64,000 bases of DNA from Mobula hypostoma (taxonomy: Eukaryota), in contig NC_086097.1 in assembly GCF_963921235.1 (NCBI RefSeq), positions 164,116,001 to 164,180,000 of the forward strand, in the 5' to 3' direction. Position 1 is the first letter of the stretch. Each line of letters starts with the position of its first letter. Shown here one piece after another: positions 25,964-39,560 of this stretch. The position numbers were made by a program, and so were the translations under genes. The notes under the pieces are model-generated. The model saw only the letters and a list, made by a program, of their open reading frames with translations. It did no database searches and had not been told where the DNA came from.

Positions 25964-27689
25964 AGCTGAGCTCACATCCTCTTCCCTAACAATGTTCAGA
26001 ACTGATGTACTGAGGTTATAACATCTGCAGACAGAAATAAAGAGTAGGCAATCCTTCTCAACTTGCTCCTGAAATCCAAAATACCTCACCCACCAATGGT
26101 CATCCAATTGAATTCAATCTTTGTGATATCTTGGTCCTAACTGATGCCTCATTCACCAATTTTAACATCTCTGATTGGTACGGAATGACCAATTTATAGG
26201 ATTTACCACAGAAGACTGGCCACTTTAGCAATACCTCTCAATGGCCAATATTTAACACCGGAAAGGATTCTGTAGCTACAGCACAGGTAATCCATCAGAC
26301 TGAAGATCCCCTTCATGTCATGCATATAGTTGTGATTTAGTTATATGCCATGATTATTTCATCATTGCTTTATTGAAATACCTGAATACCTTCATAATAG
26401 CATCTTTAGATAGGTCCATACAAACTGCACTGGTTTAGCAAAGTGACCTCCCAGGGAAACCAGTGCAGACTTGGCATATTCTTGAACTAATTATTTTTAA
26501 ATGGCTGTTTAATAGCGAATATTGTCCGTGATTTGGCATTGTGTACAGCTTAGGAAAGTGGTCAAGTGAAACTGTCACTCAGACTTTCAGCTGTTGATTG
26601 TACTGCTCTATTTTTTGAAGTGTTATTAGTTTTTTTGGGAGATAGAACTGTATGTATTGTTCAGGGGTATATCATTGGATCTACTTTCTATAAATTATCA
26701 TGATAAATTGTTTAATGAGGGGAAAGTAGCAAGCCATATTAAATGGAATTAATAAATAGAAAAACTTAATGAATATCTTCACTACAGGAGCAAATTTTTA
26801 GAAAAATCCATTAGATCCAGAAAGGGGAAGCAAATTAAAATCTTGTTGTAGATAATAGCTCCTTGCTTACTGTCAAGTCAGGTTAGTATCAGAATTGGTA
26901 ACTTTCACTGTTTGGAAACTGTATTCATAGAAAAATAGCAAAGCTATCACATTCCAGCAGTTCAATTTGACATATTGGATGAAAGCATTAATTAAATTCT
27001 GCTGGTATAGCTTGTAAAGAAAAATTGCATTAATTGCAGCAAAGCTTGTACATTTTTCGCAGTGGCATTCCTATAGATCTGCATTGACGTGATTAGTTCC
27101 TCTGTGCATCCCTCTTCAAAATGTAAGCCTACTCGAATCAGCAGAGTTGTACCATTTTGCACTCATGCAAAATCATTTATGTTTGCTTTGGAAAGTTAAT
27201 TTAATACCAATAGAATAACAAATGGGATCTGTTGAGGAGAGTTTGGTGTTGATGATTTTTGCATTAGAGGCATTGTGATGGTGTATACTTATTGGTTTCC
27301 AGCTTTAATAAACAGAAGAGCAATAAAATAAACTTTAAAAAGCAAACAGCATGAAGGAGTCAACTTGCCCTAAAGTGACCGAACAATCTGAATAATAGTC
27401 TTTGATCTTTGTGATAGAAAATGGCCCGAGTGAGTTCTTTTTCCTTAATGAAGCAAACATTATGAATATCTTGTTTCTGGTAATGGCTGCTACAAAATGA
27501 ATACAAATATTTTAGAAATCAGGAGAAAAACTAAATAATAAAAATATAAATAGAGGCAGGAAGTACTGTATAAAAACAATTCTAAAATAACTAATGTTTC
27601 CACAAAAGGCACATTTATTATCAAATATGTATGCAGTATACAACCCTCTTCAAATTATGCTGAAATAATTTTGGTGAAATATTTCATAT

Positions 27690-28068
27690 GGATCACTGGT
27701 ATAGAGGATCCAGTGCACAGAATCAGAAAAAGCTGCAGGGGTTGTAACCTCACCAGCTCCATCATGGGCACTAGCATCCCCGTCATCAAGGACATCTTCA
27801 AAAGGCAATCCCTCACCATCCAGGACATACTCTCTTCGCATTACTTCCATGAGGGAGGAGGTATAGGAGTCTACAGACATACAAACACAATGTTTTAGGA
27901 ACCGTTTCCTCTGCTCCACAATTACATTTGCAAATGGTCCAGGAACCCATGAACACTACTTCATTATTATGCTCTCTTTTTGCAGTTTTTAAAAATATAT
28001 TCTTATTGTGATTTATCGTAATTTTTATGCATTGCACTGTACCTAATTTTGATTCTGATTCTGATTCT
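27690..28068 (+). mobile_element. Rex-type LINE 3' fragment
   Basis: SSIMGTSIPVIKDIFKRQ similarity to other Rex copies. (GATTCT)n tail. Confidence 0.7.
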
Positions 28069-28394
28069 CATTAGCTGAAGTGAGCAGTTGTCTTCTCCAT
28101 CTGGATCTTCTCCAATCCACCTTAAACAATTGTCACCCAGCTGTTCCTCCATTAATACTGAGTTGATCCAAATTGTCCTCAGCAGAATCTATTAATAATT
28201 TTAGCATAAAAATACATAAAGACTTAGTGTTCAGATATCACGCTATCTGATATTTTGAAAATCTGGATGGTTTGGCATCTGGCTCACAGGCCCTATTCCC
28301 CAGACTCCCTACAAACTCATATAGGCCCCATTTCCCATGGTCCCTTTAAAATCAATGGCGTTCTGTTTCCAATGCTCCCTTCAGGCTCCCTTTC

Positions 28395-28625
28395 AAGTGC
28401 AGACTGCCGATCGCTCTGCTGAGCACCTGCATACCATCTGCCATTGCCTTCTGGTGCTGTTGGTTGCCAGCCAGTTTAATTCCACCATTTCCCATTCCCA
28501 CACCAATCTTTCTCAAATTCCTCCACTGCCAAGCTAAGGCCAAATGCAAACCAGAGGAACAGCTCCTTTTATTCTACCTGGGTAGTCTACAAACCAATGC
28601 TATTAACATTGACTTTTCCAGTTAT
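28395..28625 (+). mobile_element. Degenerate PLE GIY-YIG C-terminal fragment
   Basis: Aligns by eye to 57150-57380 (DRSAEHLHTIC…VASQFNST…SHSHT…EEQLLLFYLGSLQTNAINIDFS). Confidence 0.75.
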
Positions 28626-30061
28626 ATGAAAGAGATAATCCATTAGGAAGTCTGATAGTAATGGGGGAGATCCTGTTCTTAAGTCTGGATGGCTGGCCTT
28701 TCACACTCCTGTACTTTCTTCCTGAAGGTAGAAGAGAGAAGAGGCAGTAGCCGGGATGGCAGGCATCCTTGTTGATACTATTAGCTTTCTTGAGCATTAT
28801 AATGAACAAAGTAGGCTGGAAATTAAGAATCATCATTGAAAAAATATCTAAAGCGCACTACGAACACCATTAGTAGTCAAAACAAAACCAAACCTCAATC
28901 ATCATCCCTTTCAAACTGTACACAGAGCAAGTAAACCTACTCCCTATCTGAATGTTGATTGGCTCATTATGCATATCCAACATCCTCAGGTGAGAAGGTG
29001 AGAAGAAAATAGGAAGCCAGTGCAGAAGCGAGTTATAATTCTACCTAGAGAGCATCATGCATTCCAAATTCCAATTGCCGAAAATGGATCGAGTTGCTTT
29101 AGACACCCAGTCCCATCATGTCCTGAAAAATTCCAATTGAAGTTGTTAAGGCAGTAGGTCCCTAATTGTGAATGGTACTGTCCTCGAAAACTTCTTCCGC
29201 CCCCATTTCAATTTCTAATCTCCTCCAGTCTCCCCACCCTTTCCAAAGCCTCATTGTCATAAATCTCTGTCCTAACATCAGCTCTTCTAAATAGCCAGCT
29301 TCCAGCTCACCTGCAAGTCCTTCTCTTATTATTTGCTAGGTAAATTTTCCCTGGCTCCAAGTTGTAGCCTTTTGGCACCAAGTTCCAGGTTCCTACGAAG
29401 ATAACTTGCCCCATTTATGTATAACTCCAGTTCCAGAATGCTTTCATTGTATGGGCTGTGAGCACTTTGTAACCTTCATTACACTGACAAGTGTGATTGT
29501 ATGATCAGTTGAACATGAAATGACTGATTTTGTTCAGTAGAAAAGCATTGCGTTAATCACAAGACAATGAGCTCTTCAGGCCCTATACACTTTTATGAAG
29601 ACTTCCATAAATGGCATAATTGGGCAAGGTTCTAAAACAGTAGTGGCTGCTTCACTTCCAGATGAATGAATGTGGGAAAAGTGTTGACTGAACCTCAATG
29701 AAGTGAATCCCTTTTAACTCAGAATTGCAAAAATTAATATCTGATAAGAGACAAAATCTCCTATTCACAAGATACAAATTTGAAAAGGTCAACTTGACTG
29801 TTAAGAGCTCTGAAATAGATTGGCCCGGACATCACAGTTGATACTTATTTTAAGGATTATTGTTTCCCTTCTGCACTGATATCAGTGAGGCCCTTTTGTG
29901 CTGCTTTCAATTGGGCTGTCAGTTAATTCTTGCTGCCTTCAGTTCATACATTTCTTACATTATAGTGTGTTTTTTTTAAATTCCCAGTCTTTGTGAGCTG
30001 CAGACCATGGATATAATGGACAACTTTCATAAAATGGCTGAGCAGCTCAATTTCTAAGGAA

Positions 30062-30250
30062 CAACTCACAAAGTGCCAGAGGAACTTAGTTGGTCAGCCA
30101 GCATCTATGGGGAGTAATGGACAGTCAACATTTTGGGTGAAGGGTCTCGACCCAAAATGTTCCTCTGCATTGTGCTGCCTGACCTGTTCAGTTCTACCAG
30201 CATCTTCTGTACTCCTCCAGATCCCAGCATCTGCTGCCTCTCCTGTCTCC
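30062..30250. mobile_element. Short fold-back PLE-derived insertion (older copy)
   Basis: Inverted arms pivot on aacattttgggt-gaagggtctcg-acccaaaatgtt (hammerhead stem II region). TSD atttctaaggaa (30050-30061) vs atttttaaggaa (30251-30262). Confidence 0.8.
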
Positions 30251-30664
30251 ATTTTTAAGGAAAAAATAAAATGATCCCTATCTTTCACTTGATTGAACAA
30301 TATTGCGTTGCACCTTCTGTTTGCACTTCTAGTGCCTTATTTGTGTCGGATTGATTTTGGACTTCATACCCATGTCACTACCAGGACCACCTGGTTCAAC
30401 CTCTGCAACATCAACAAAATCTGTTGCTGCATTCAGCTGGTGCAGAAACCCTGTCCAAATCTTTACTAGCCATAATCCTGATTGTTCCACTCACTTCTGT
30501 CCACTCCACCTTATTCTGTTTTCCATAAGACAATCCAATAAATTTTGTCCATGCCTTAATCCTCACCAACATCCTTTTCACCTATTGCCCTTGTCCTTGG
30601 TGACCTTCCATTGCCTCCTGCTTTGTTGAAACCTCATATTTAATATTCTAACTCAGAAGATAAA

Positions 30665-31020
30665 ACATGCACACAGTACAGCAAAGGAACAGGCCCTTCA
30701 TCCCAAGAAGTCTATGCCAAACGGGATGCCAAATTAAGCCAAGTTTCTCGATCCATGTCCCTCCACTGCATGCAAACTCATGTGTCTATCCAAAAACTTC
30801 TTAAATTCTACTATTGCAAATGTTTTCACCAATACCCCAGCAGCTCATTCCAAGCAGCTATAATTTTCTCTTTAAAAATACTTGCCCCGCACAGCTCCTT
30901 TAAACTCATCCCCCACCACCATCACACCTTAAATGTATATACTCTAATATTTGATAGTTCTACCCTGGGAAGACCACAAGAATCTGACTGTCTACCGTAT
31001 CTATGTCTGTCATAATCTCA
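30665..31020 (-). mobile_element. CR1 3' fragment
   Basis: acagtacagcaaaggaacaggcccttca… terminus and reverse complement of the CR1 ORF2 end. Confidence 0.65.
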
Positions 31021-32112
31021 TGAATGTCTCTCGGCCTCTGGCGCTCCGGACAGTCCAACCTTACCTTTTACCTCATACCCACTCATCCAGGCAGTATCCT
31101 AATCCATGTTTACAAATCCCTCTGTGGTCTCACCCTATTCTATCTCTGTAATCTCTCCCAGCCCAATACCCAGTGGGGATATCTGTGCTCCACTAATTTA
31201 GGCTGTCTGCTCATTCCTGAGTATCATCACTCCACCTACTCTGTTGCTCCCAAGATCCTCAACCTCCCAGCACCACGGGGAAATACGTCATGAAGCCTGT
31301 TGGGGAAGCATTTACCATTTAACTGTATTGCACTGTAGGTGATTGCTCCTTTCTTTCAGTGATTTACCAGATGGATGTTCCTGGTTCTGATAGGAGTGAG
31401 TTGGGTGGAAATTCTCAGCCAAAGGGACATGGTCCCAGCAGAAGGGATTGACCATCCAGAATTATCTCTGGGTGGCGGACTGTGCATCTTCAGAATTCTT
31501 GACTTCAGACAGCTGTAGATGCTCAGTTGTTATGTATATTAAAAGCAGAGCTGGGCGGGTTTTTGAGCATCAGAGGAATCAGGAGCTGTGGGCACAGAGT
31601 TGGAGAAGATGCAGGATCAGCCATTTAATGACGGAGTAGGCTGAAAGGAGCAAATGAGCTATCTCAATTCATAATACGCTTTAGCTTAGGTTTTAACAAC
31701 CTGCAAATCTTAGAAGAAAAGGAAGACTGCCCAATGCTAAGAACTCCTGGTTTTGATCTCCAGAGAAGAGTAAAAGTAAGAGGGAGTAAAAGGAGTCCTG
31801 ATTTTGATACAGCAAGAATCTAGTAAGGAGACAAGGCATAACATAATGACAGGATCTTGGGAGCAACAGAGTAGGTGGAGTGATGATATTCAGGGATGAG
31901 CAGACAGCCCGAATTAGTGGAGCACTGATATTCCCACTGGGTATTGGGCTGGGAGAGATTACAGAGATAGAATAGGGTGAGATCACAGAGGGATTTGTAA
32001 ACATGGATTAGGATGCTGCCTGGATGAGAGGGCATGAGGTAAAAGGTAAGGTTGGACTGTCTGGAGTGCCAGAGGCCGAGAGACATTCGTAAGATTATGA
32101 TAGACATAGATA
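30998..32112. repeat. 262-bp inverted duplication (arms 30998-31259 and 31851-32112, 591-bp spacer)
   Basis: Ungapped manual alignment of one arm to the reverse complement of the other gave about 15 mismatches in 262 bp. The ORF track shows mirrored peptides. Confidence 0.95.
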
Positions 32113-33304
32113 TTTGTAAAAATTGGAGCTTAGGAAGCTGCTGTAACAATGAGCCCTGTTGTTGCATTTCTTCTGATATATGATATCGCATTGGCCAAAA
32201 GTAACCTAAATGCAGTGTGTGAATAGGACATTTCCAGAAAGAATGATTGCAACATTTTTGTTATAATTCTATAGCCTTTTATCAACTAGGTAGACATAAG
32301 CTCAGTACTTCTCTGCAGACCGTGACTGGCATTAAGATGTTTCTGCACTCCCACTCTGTTCGCCTGTGTTACGGCTGTGTCCTGACCTTTTCCTTCAAGT
32401 ATTGGTTTTGCCTTGGTTAAAATCACTTCCAGAAATCTGGATTTGAATCTTACACCAGAAGATTGGAGACAAAACTTTGGGCTAATGCTCTAGTGTAGTA
32501 GAGAGGGGGAGTCAAACTGTTATATGCATGGTGTGGTTATCATTGGTTAATGCTCATTCTTAATCATCTCCAAACTGAGGATATGGATTACAATCAATCA
32601 CACTGATAGGTCCAGAGTCTCTTAGGCCAGGTCAAGTAAGAATGGAAATTTCCCTTTATTGAAGGGTATAAACAAGATAGTTTTTATTATAATTCAAGAG
32701 TGCAGCAATTATATAGTTATCACTTCAAGATTCAAGATTAATGTAATTAAATTTCTCAAGCAGTTATGTTGGGATTTGATTCTTGTCTCTGGATTTCTGA
32801 TCCAGACCTCTGATTGCTGGACCTGTATGCACCCCACACCTGGGTCCTTCTCAAAAGGACAAGAGCAAATGAGTCAGTGAGCAACAAAGCGTAGAAACAG
32901 GCCCTGAGGCCATCATCAAGAAACCACTTGAACTCATCTTAAAGAAAGCCTCTTTTCTTCTCCTTATTCAACTCCTAGCATAGTCTTTCACAGTAATATG
33001 AGAGGCAATTTACAATGGCCAATTAATTTGGTAATCTGTGTGTTTTTGGAAAATAGGAAAGAAACAGTAACCTTGAAGAAATCCACTTCATCATGGAGAG
33101 AACAGGCAGGCTCCATGTAGGCATTATCAGAGGTCAGGATGACCTGGGTCACTGAATTAGAAACTTATCTAGCTGTGCCTCTGTGCTACTGCTAATCTGG
33201 GGGGTTATCTGGGGGGTTCCTGCAAGTATTTAATCCTCAATCTATATCACAATTCCAGAGCCTGCTGGACAGCATCTATGGAAAAGAGTACAGTTGTAGT
33301 ACAA

Positions 33305-33782
33305 TTGTGCTATGGGGCACAATTGAGAGCATCCTGACTGGCTGCATCACTGCCTGGTATGGGAACTGTATTTCGCTCAATTGCAGGACGCCACAGAGAG
33401 TGGTGCAGACAACCCAGCGCATCTGTAGATGTAAACTTCTCACTATTCTGGACTTGCAGAGAAAGGTGTGTAAAAACGGCCCGAAGGATCTTTGGGGACC
33501 CAAGTCATCCCAACCACAAACTGTACCAGCTGCTACCATCCTGGAAATGGTATTGCAGCACAAAAGCCAGGACCAACAGGCTCCGGGACAGCTTCTTCCA
33601 CCAGGCCATCAGACCGCTTAATTCATGCTGACACAACTGTATTTCTATGTTATATTGACTATCCTGTTGTACATAATATTTACTATAAATTACTATAAAT
33701 CGCACATTGCTCATTTAGAAGGAGATGTAATGTAAAGATTTTTACTCATGTATATGAAGGATATAAGTCAATTCAATTCAAA
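33305..33782 (+). mobile_element. Rex-type LINE 3' fragment
   Basis: TIESILTGCITAWYGNC, DPSHPNHKLYQLLPS, RLRDSFFHQAIR. (AATTC)n tail. Confidence 0.85.
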
Positions 33783-34151
33783 ACTCACTGGGGCCATTTC
33801 ACTTGGCCCCATTAATGTCACCAGGACCCTGTTTCATCTGCTCTGGGTTCACTGGAAATGTGTTTGAAGTATTGTACTTTTAACATCTTAAAATGCAAGT
33901 GAATTGAAAGTGTGTGGGAATAACAGTCTGGAAAATGTATTGGTACAGCACCATCAAATTCCTGAGTGTGCTGGATTACTGGAGTTTTACTGTAGTTCTA
34001 CAGTTTAAGTTCCATCAACATTTAAAAAATAAGAGTTCAGAAGCCATTGTACACCTTCTACAAAGGCTTGGAGGAGGCTTAATGCAAATCAAGAAAATCT
34101 GATTAAGTAATGCTAAATTTGTGATTCAAAAGACAGGGTGAAGTATAATTA

Positions 34152-34580
34152 AGACACACAAGACTGCAGATGCTGGAATTTGGTAGAACAACATCTGTTG
34201 GGTGGGGGGAGGAATTGTCGATGATGTAAGTCAAAAGTGGACTGAGTGTGGGAAGGAAGGTAGCAAGCGTAACGAGGAGAGAGAGGGAGACTGTTGATAC
34301 AGGGGCCAGAGGCTGGTTAATGGACTGCAAGGGTGAAGGATGATGATCAGATGAAAACAGCTGAAAGAAATGAAGGAATGGAGTTGAGAGAGGTGGATGA
34401 TAGGTGGAGACAAACAAAAACAAAACAAACAGAACGAGGTGAGGGGACGGGAGAGTAAGATGGAGACTGTCAGAAGGGTGAGAGTCAACCAGTGCTGATA
34501 ATGAGAGCCGTTAGGGGAGTGGTAGAAGGGCAGATGGAGCCAGAACCAGATGGGGTAGGGGAGATGGAGAACCAATGCAT
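34152..34580 (-). mobile_element. Degenerate PLE 3' tail
   Basis: gacacacaagactgcagatgctggaat terminus followed by a purine-rich tract, the complement of the pyrimidine-rich PLE 3' UTR. Confidence 0.6.
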
Positions 34581-35524
34581 AAAAAGTGGCAATGCAAGGA
34601 AAATGAAGATGTGTGTCAGGAATTCTTGATAATGCATGGCTTTAAGAAAGTGGTGCTTTATAAACCTATTCACTTGCTATCTCTGTGAAATAATGGAACG
34701 TGTCCATCATAACTAAATCCATTTTGAGTGAAGAGTCTTCTGCAAGCCCAAATCTGAAAGGTAACATTTACATTGCATAGATAAGAACAGTTTTGAATGG
34801 GAAAGGCTGTAAATCTTCACAAAACTAGCCAGCGAAGCAGTATTTTTATTCATGGCCGAATGATATTTAAAAAGATCTTGAACTCGCTGGAGATATGGAG
34901 AGAAAAGGTTAATTTGACAATTAAATCTGAATTGCCGAGCATTCCATGCAAGGTGTTGTCTGAACCTGCTTTCAGTGGAGTAAAATTAATGTCTGTAAGG
35001 GTGAAGTATTGGTCGCAGAGAAAAAAATCTATTAGGATTCTGAGTTTAGGGGTGCAGGATTTGGTTATCATAGTTTAAGCAGTAAGTCCCCAAACATTAA
35101 TACTGCTTTGTAACTGAAATTTACTTGAAAACCTTTGTTCATTTTCAATATCCTCCTCCTCCTGCTTGCTGGTGCAGAAGCAATGCTGAGAAAATGAGGA
35201 AAGTTGGCTGGGATTAGGTTTGCGCTGTGAAGGTGAAGGGAATTAATGAATATAAATGCAATTTTACTGCTTAACGTCCAAATCCCCTTAAAATATTCAC
35301 CTTAAACTATAAGTAACCCTCTGATCTGTTCAGTCTGTTTTCCTGATCATTTTGCTGGATTACTGCTTTGTGCCATTGTGGTTTGCTAGCTGTAAGTTGT
35401 AGATGTACACAAAATGCACATCAAAATAATGCACTGTGTTTGCAGCCATTAATTATTTTGGTGTAGAGGTTGATACTGGAATGGGTCTGACTAATAATTT
35501 AGCACAAAGATGGCAGTAATTGAA

Positions 35525-35695
35525 AATCAAAATACTGCAGAATCTGGAAATCTGACATGACAAAATACACTGGAGATACTCAGGTCAGGCCGCATCTATG
35601 GAAAGTTACTGTTTCAAACTGAAGTCCTTTCATCACATTCTCATTCTGTAGATGCTGCCTGGTAAGCTAAGTACCTCCAGGATTTTCTGTTTCTC
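35525..35695. mobile_element. Old fold-back PLE-derived remnant
   Basis: ctggagatactcaggtcaggccgcatctatgga inverted against tagatgctgcctgg…agtacctccag. No clear TSD. Confidence 0.55.
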
Positions 35696-35719
35696 TTTAT
35701 CTGCCTTTCATGTTAATGC

Positions 35720-36065
35720 ACTCTACAGCTAAGAAAGCAATTTTGAAGTGTGCCCAGTGGATGGATGTAAAAAACACAACAGTCAATTTGCATACAGCAA
35801 GCTATTGCAAACTAGAAAATCATAATGACCAGATATGATCTCTGGATAGTGATAAATAATGGCCAGTACAAAGAGGAGAACTTCCTGTTCCTCCTTCAGA
35901 ATGCCATGGGATTCTTTACATTCACCTGAAGATATCACCTTCAACAGTAGAGCATGTCCCCAGTACTGCTCAGAGTGCCAGATAGGTTTCTGCATCCAAA
36001 TCCTTAGAATGAGATTCAAACTCAGTACCTTTTGAGCCAGATGCAAAAGTGCCTTCGACTAAGCT
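35720..36065 (-). mobile_element. Deu-domain SINE (SacSINE1/AmnSINE-like), degenerate
   Basis: gccatgggattctttacattcacctga…caccttcaacagtagagcatgtccccagtactgc resembles the Deu domain. tRNA-like head at the right end. Related pieces near 41010-41200 and 59860-60010. Confidence 0.6.
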
Positions 36066-37164
36066 ACATTTAACATTGAGACAACGTGAGCTCAGCCCTC
36101 TCCGCGGAAGTGTAACATTTTGAATGCAGTTGTAACAGCATCTGAAAATGAAAGTCTGCTACAGTGAACATATTGTTTAGTTGCAACAACTAAATTGCCC
36201 TTGCCTGGCCTAATCTAATGAAAGTCCTGGTCCAATCAGGTGCATTACTGTTCTTTGAAATAACCTGGCTTGTGTGCAATTGTATTAAATCAAGGCAACT
36301 AGGAATGGGTAATTAACAGTGATAGTGCCGTCTACATCTACAAAAGGGTAGGATCAAAGGCATTCTGAGGTATTTCTAAAAAAACCAATATGCTCTGTTC
36401 AAGTGTGAGTTGTATTGTCTTTTACTTTATAAAAATGTATGACATATGCACAGTTATCATTCACAATTTCCTTGACAGTTAAGTCATTTCATTATATGTT
36501 ATGTACAATGTATCATTTTGCTTTGACTGTCTGTCTATTTGTTGCATTGTATGTGTCCTTGCTAGTATTTTTTGTGCAGGGAGTTTGACTCTACATCTAT
36601 CAGTCACTTATTCTGTGTGTAGATGTACTGTCCTTCCATCTCCCTCTGCACTTCTCTCCTTTCAGAAACCTTCAAGGCTGTAAAAAAAGTTACATTGGTT
36701 AAATCATAGATGGTCTTTCAACAAACACATAATAATGTTTCCACAATTTTCTGTCAAATATCCAAGTAACAAAAAATTACATGTCACTGAGTACATAACA
36801 GTTCCTCACTTCTTGTCAGCTGCACCAAGGGGTATTTTTGATAGGTACATTTATTTGTTTTATGATCGTGTTAGAGTGATTTATTACACAACTCATAGAA
36901 AAGAGCAGGTGGGAGGCATTATAACCATTATCCTTTCACCGATGTGTTCCAGCTGTTCTTACCAAATAGAAAATATTACCAGTACTAAATTATATCTACT
37001 TGAGTCCTTGCTGAGCTCAAAATTGTCCCACTTTCTTCTAGCAGCCATATGTAACTGAAAGTTAATCTTATTACTTAAATTATTTTCATTTGTGATTTAT
37101 AAAACCTGTGGACAGTGTAAGATTATGTACTCCATTGACAATTGTGTTTTTTGCAAATAAAAGT

Positions 37165-38000
37165 CAGAGAGTAATACAGCACAGAAACAGGCCGTTTGAC
37201 CTAACTTATCCATGACAACCAAGATTCCCATCTAAGTTAGTCATATTTGTCCAAACATTTAAACCTTTATTATTAATGTACCTTTCGTAATGACGATTTT
37301 CTGGGTGAAAAAGCTGCCCATTGGGTTCCTATTAAATCTTGTACCTTAAATCTATATTCTCTAGTTCTTAATTCCAGAACCCTGGGAAAAAGTCTATGCT
37401 TTGTTTTTTTTACTCCTATATAAGTTACTTTAGTTATTTGGAATGATCATAGTTTACTGCATAGTTAAGGACATCTTGAGAGCATGGTTTAATACAGCAT
37501 GTGATTTATAAGGAGAGACAAAAACAGGGAGGTTGTATTGAATCTGACCAAAGTACCACTTAGGTCATAACAGGAGTTTTACACCTGGTGTTGATCATTC
37601 CACTTTAGGGGAGAAACTTTACTGGATTGGTCCAGAGGTATGGGATTTCAGATAGGATGAAGGCAATATTGTTCTCCTTAGAAGCATGCAGGAGTATAAT
37701 TAAATAGAGGAATACTGCTTCCATTACCATCTGATTCATGAAACAAGGGGCACAGGTTTTGGCAAAAGACACAAGGAGGGTGTAAGAGAGAAAAATAAAG
37801 ACTTTTATATGGGATATTTAGAATTAGGAACCCACTGGCTTTAAATATTAGTGAAACCTTGTCATTCAGGAACTGGATAGGAATGTGGGAATCATATTTC
37901 CAGGACTTTGAAAGAGCATGAGAATGGGACAAATGAACTCACTATACTTGATGCCGTCACAAACTCAGTGGGCTGAATGATCTCCTTCAGTACTATAATA
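37165..38000. mobile_element. Two old CR1 fragments (37165-37400 minus, about 37480-38000 plus)
   Basis: CR1 terminus tacagcacagaaacaggcc and degenerate ORF2 C-terminal or 3' UTR sequence. Confidence 0.55.
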
Positions 38001-38549
38001 ATCAATCTACAATTTAGGAAGGAAATGAAACTGAGACTATTTAACTTATTGATGAGCCTTGACATTAACATATTGGTTCTTCCATCAAAGCACTAATTGT
38101 ATTTTGAATAACTTCAATGCTCTGTTTTTTTTGCCTTGCTTCGTATATTTCAAGCACTTAATAATATCTGAGGAAAGGAGTTTCGCTTGCTAGCCAACCC
38201 ACTTTCAGCTGTGCCTTGTCTATATGTGACCTCAATTATCTGCAATGTGATTAATTCAGAGTGCTCACAGAGCAACAGAAGATGGTTATTAAACAGTACC
38301 ATACCAGTATTATCTCAAGAAAACAAATTATAAAGTGATTACCTTCAGTGGACTTAATTGTGCCCATGATTCCAAACTGGTTTTTCAAAGCTCAGGAAAT
38401 TTCAGAAGTCCAAGGTGCCCTGGAGATCAGATCCTTGACAGTCAACTGTTTCAACGTTGAACCCACGGGGATAGAGAGGGTCCAGGTGTAGCACATTCAG
38501 GCTTCAGCTTTCAGCAGTATACCATTTATATGAATGGAGTTCCAACCCT

Positions 38550-39560
38550 ATTGGTATTGATTTATTATTGTCACATGAATCACAATACAGTGAAAAGCTT
38601 GTCTTTCATGCTGTTAATATGTATCAAATCATTACAAAGTGCATTGAATTAGAATAAAGTAAAACAATAAAAATACGGAATAAAGTGTAAATGTACTGAA
38701 AGAGTGCAGTGCAGGTGAACAATAAAGTTCAAGTTCATAATGAGATAGAATGTGAGGCCAGCAGTCCATCTTATTGTACGAGAGGTCCATTCCAGAGTCT
38801 AATAACCGTGGGATAGAACTTGTCCTTGAGCTTCGTGGCTTTTATATCTTTGCTTGATGGAAGGGGCAGAAGAGAGAACATCTGGGGTCTTTGATTATGC
38901 TGTCTACATTTCTGAGGCAGTGTGAAGTCCAGGCAGAGTCCATAGACATAATGAGCTGATTCCACCTCTCACTGCAGTTTCTTGTGATCATGTGCAGAGG
39001 GGTTACTATAAGAAGCCGTTATGCATTCAGTCAAAATGCTTTCTATAGTGAATTGATAAAAGTTGGTAAGAGTCAATGAGAACGTGCTGAATTTCTTTCA
39101 TCTCTCAAGAAAGTAGAGGCACTGGTGAGCTTTCTCAGTCGTATCATAAATGTAATTGAATCGGAACAGGCAATAGGTGATGTTTACACCATGGAACTGT
39201 CAACCCCAACATTGCTGATGTACTGTAGGCATGAATCAATGATCAGCTCCACAGCTGGCATTGAGGGAAGAATTGTTGTCATCACACCTCATTGTTATTT
39301 GAGATGCAGCCACTACAGTGTTACCACTTGCAAACTTGTCGATGGATTCAGAGCAGAATCTGGCCACCCTTGTGGAGCACTAGTGTTCAGCATTATAATG
39401 AGAAAGGAGTTGCTGCCTATCCTTACTTATTGTGATCTGTTGGTCAGAAAGTCAAGGATCAATTGCAAAGGGAGGCATTAACTCCCAGGGTCCAGTGTAT
39501 GGTGATGAGTTTGTTTGATACAATAGTATCGAAGGCAAGAGTATTGAAATCATACTGTAG
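38550..39560 (-). mobile_element. Old Rex-type LINE fragment
   Basis: 3' UTR matches 59375-59610 in reverse. Minus frame MFSLLPLPS…KLKDKFYPTVIRLWNGP and degenerate RT sequence. Confidence 0.7.
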
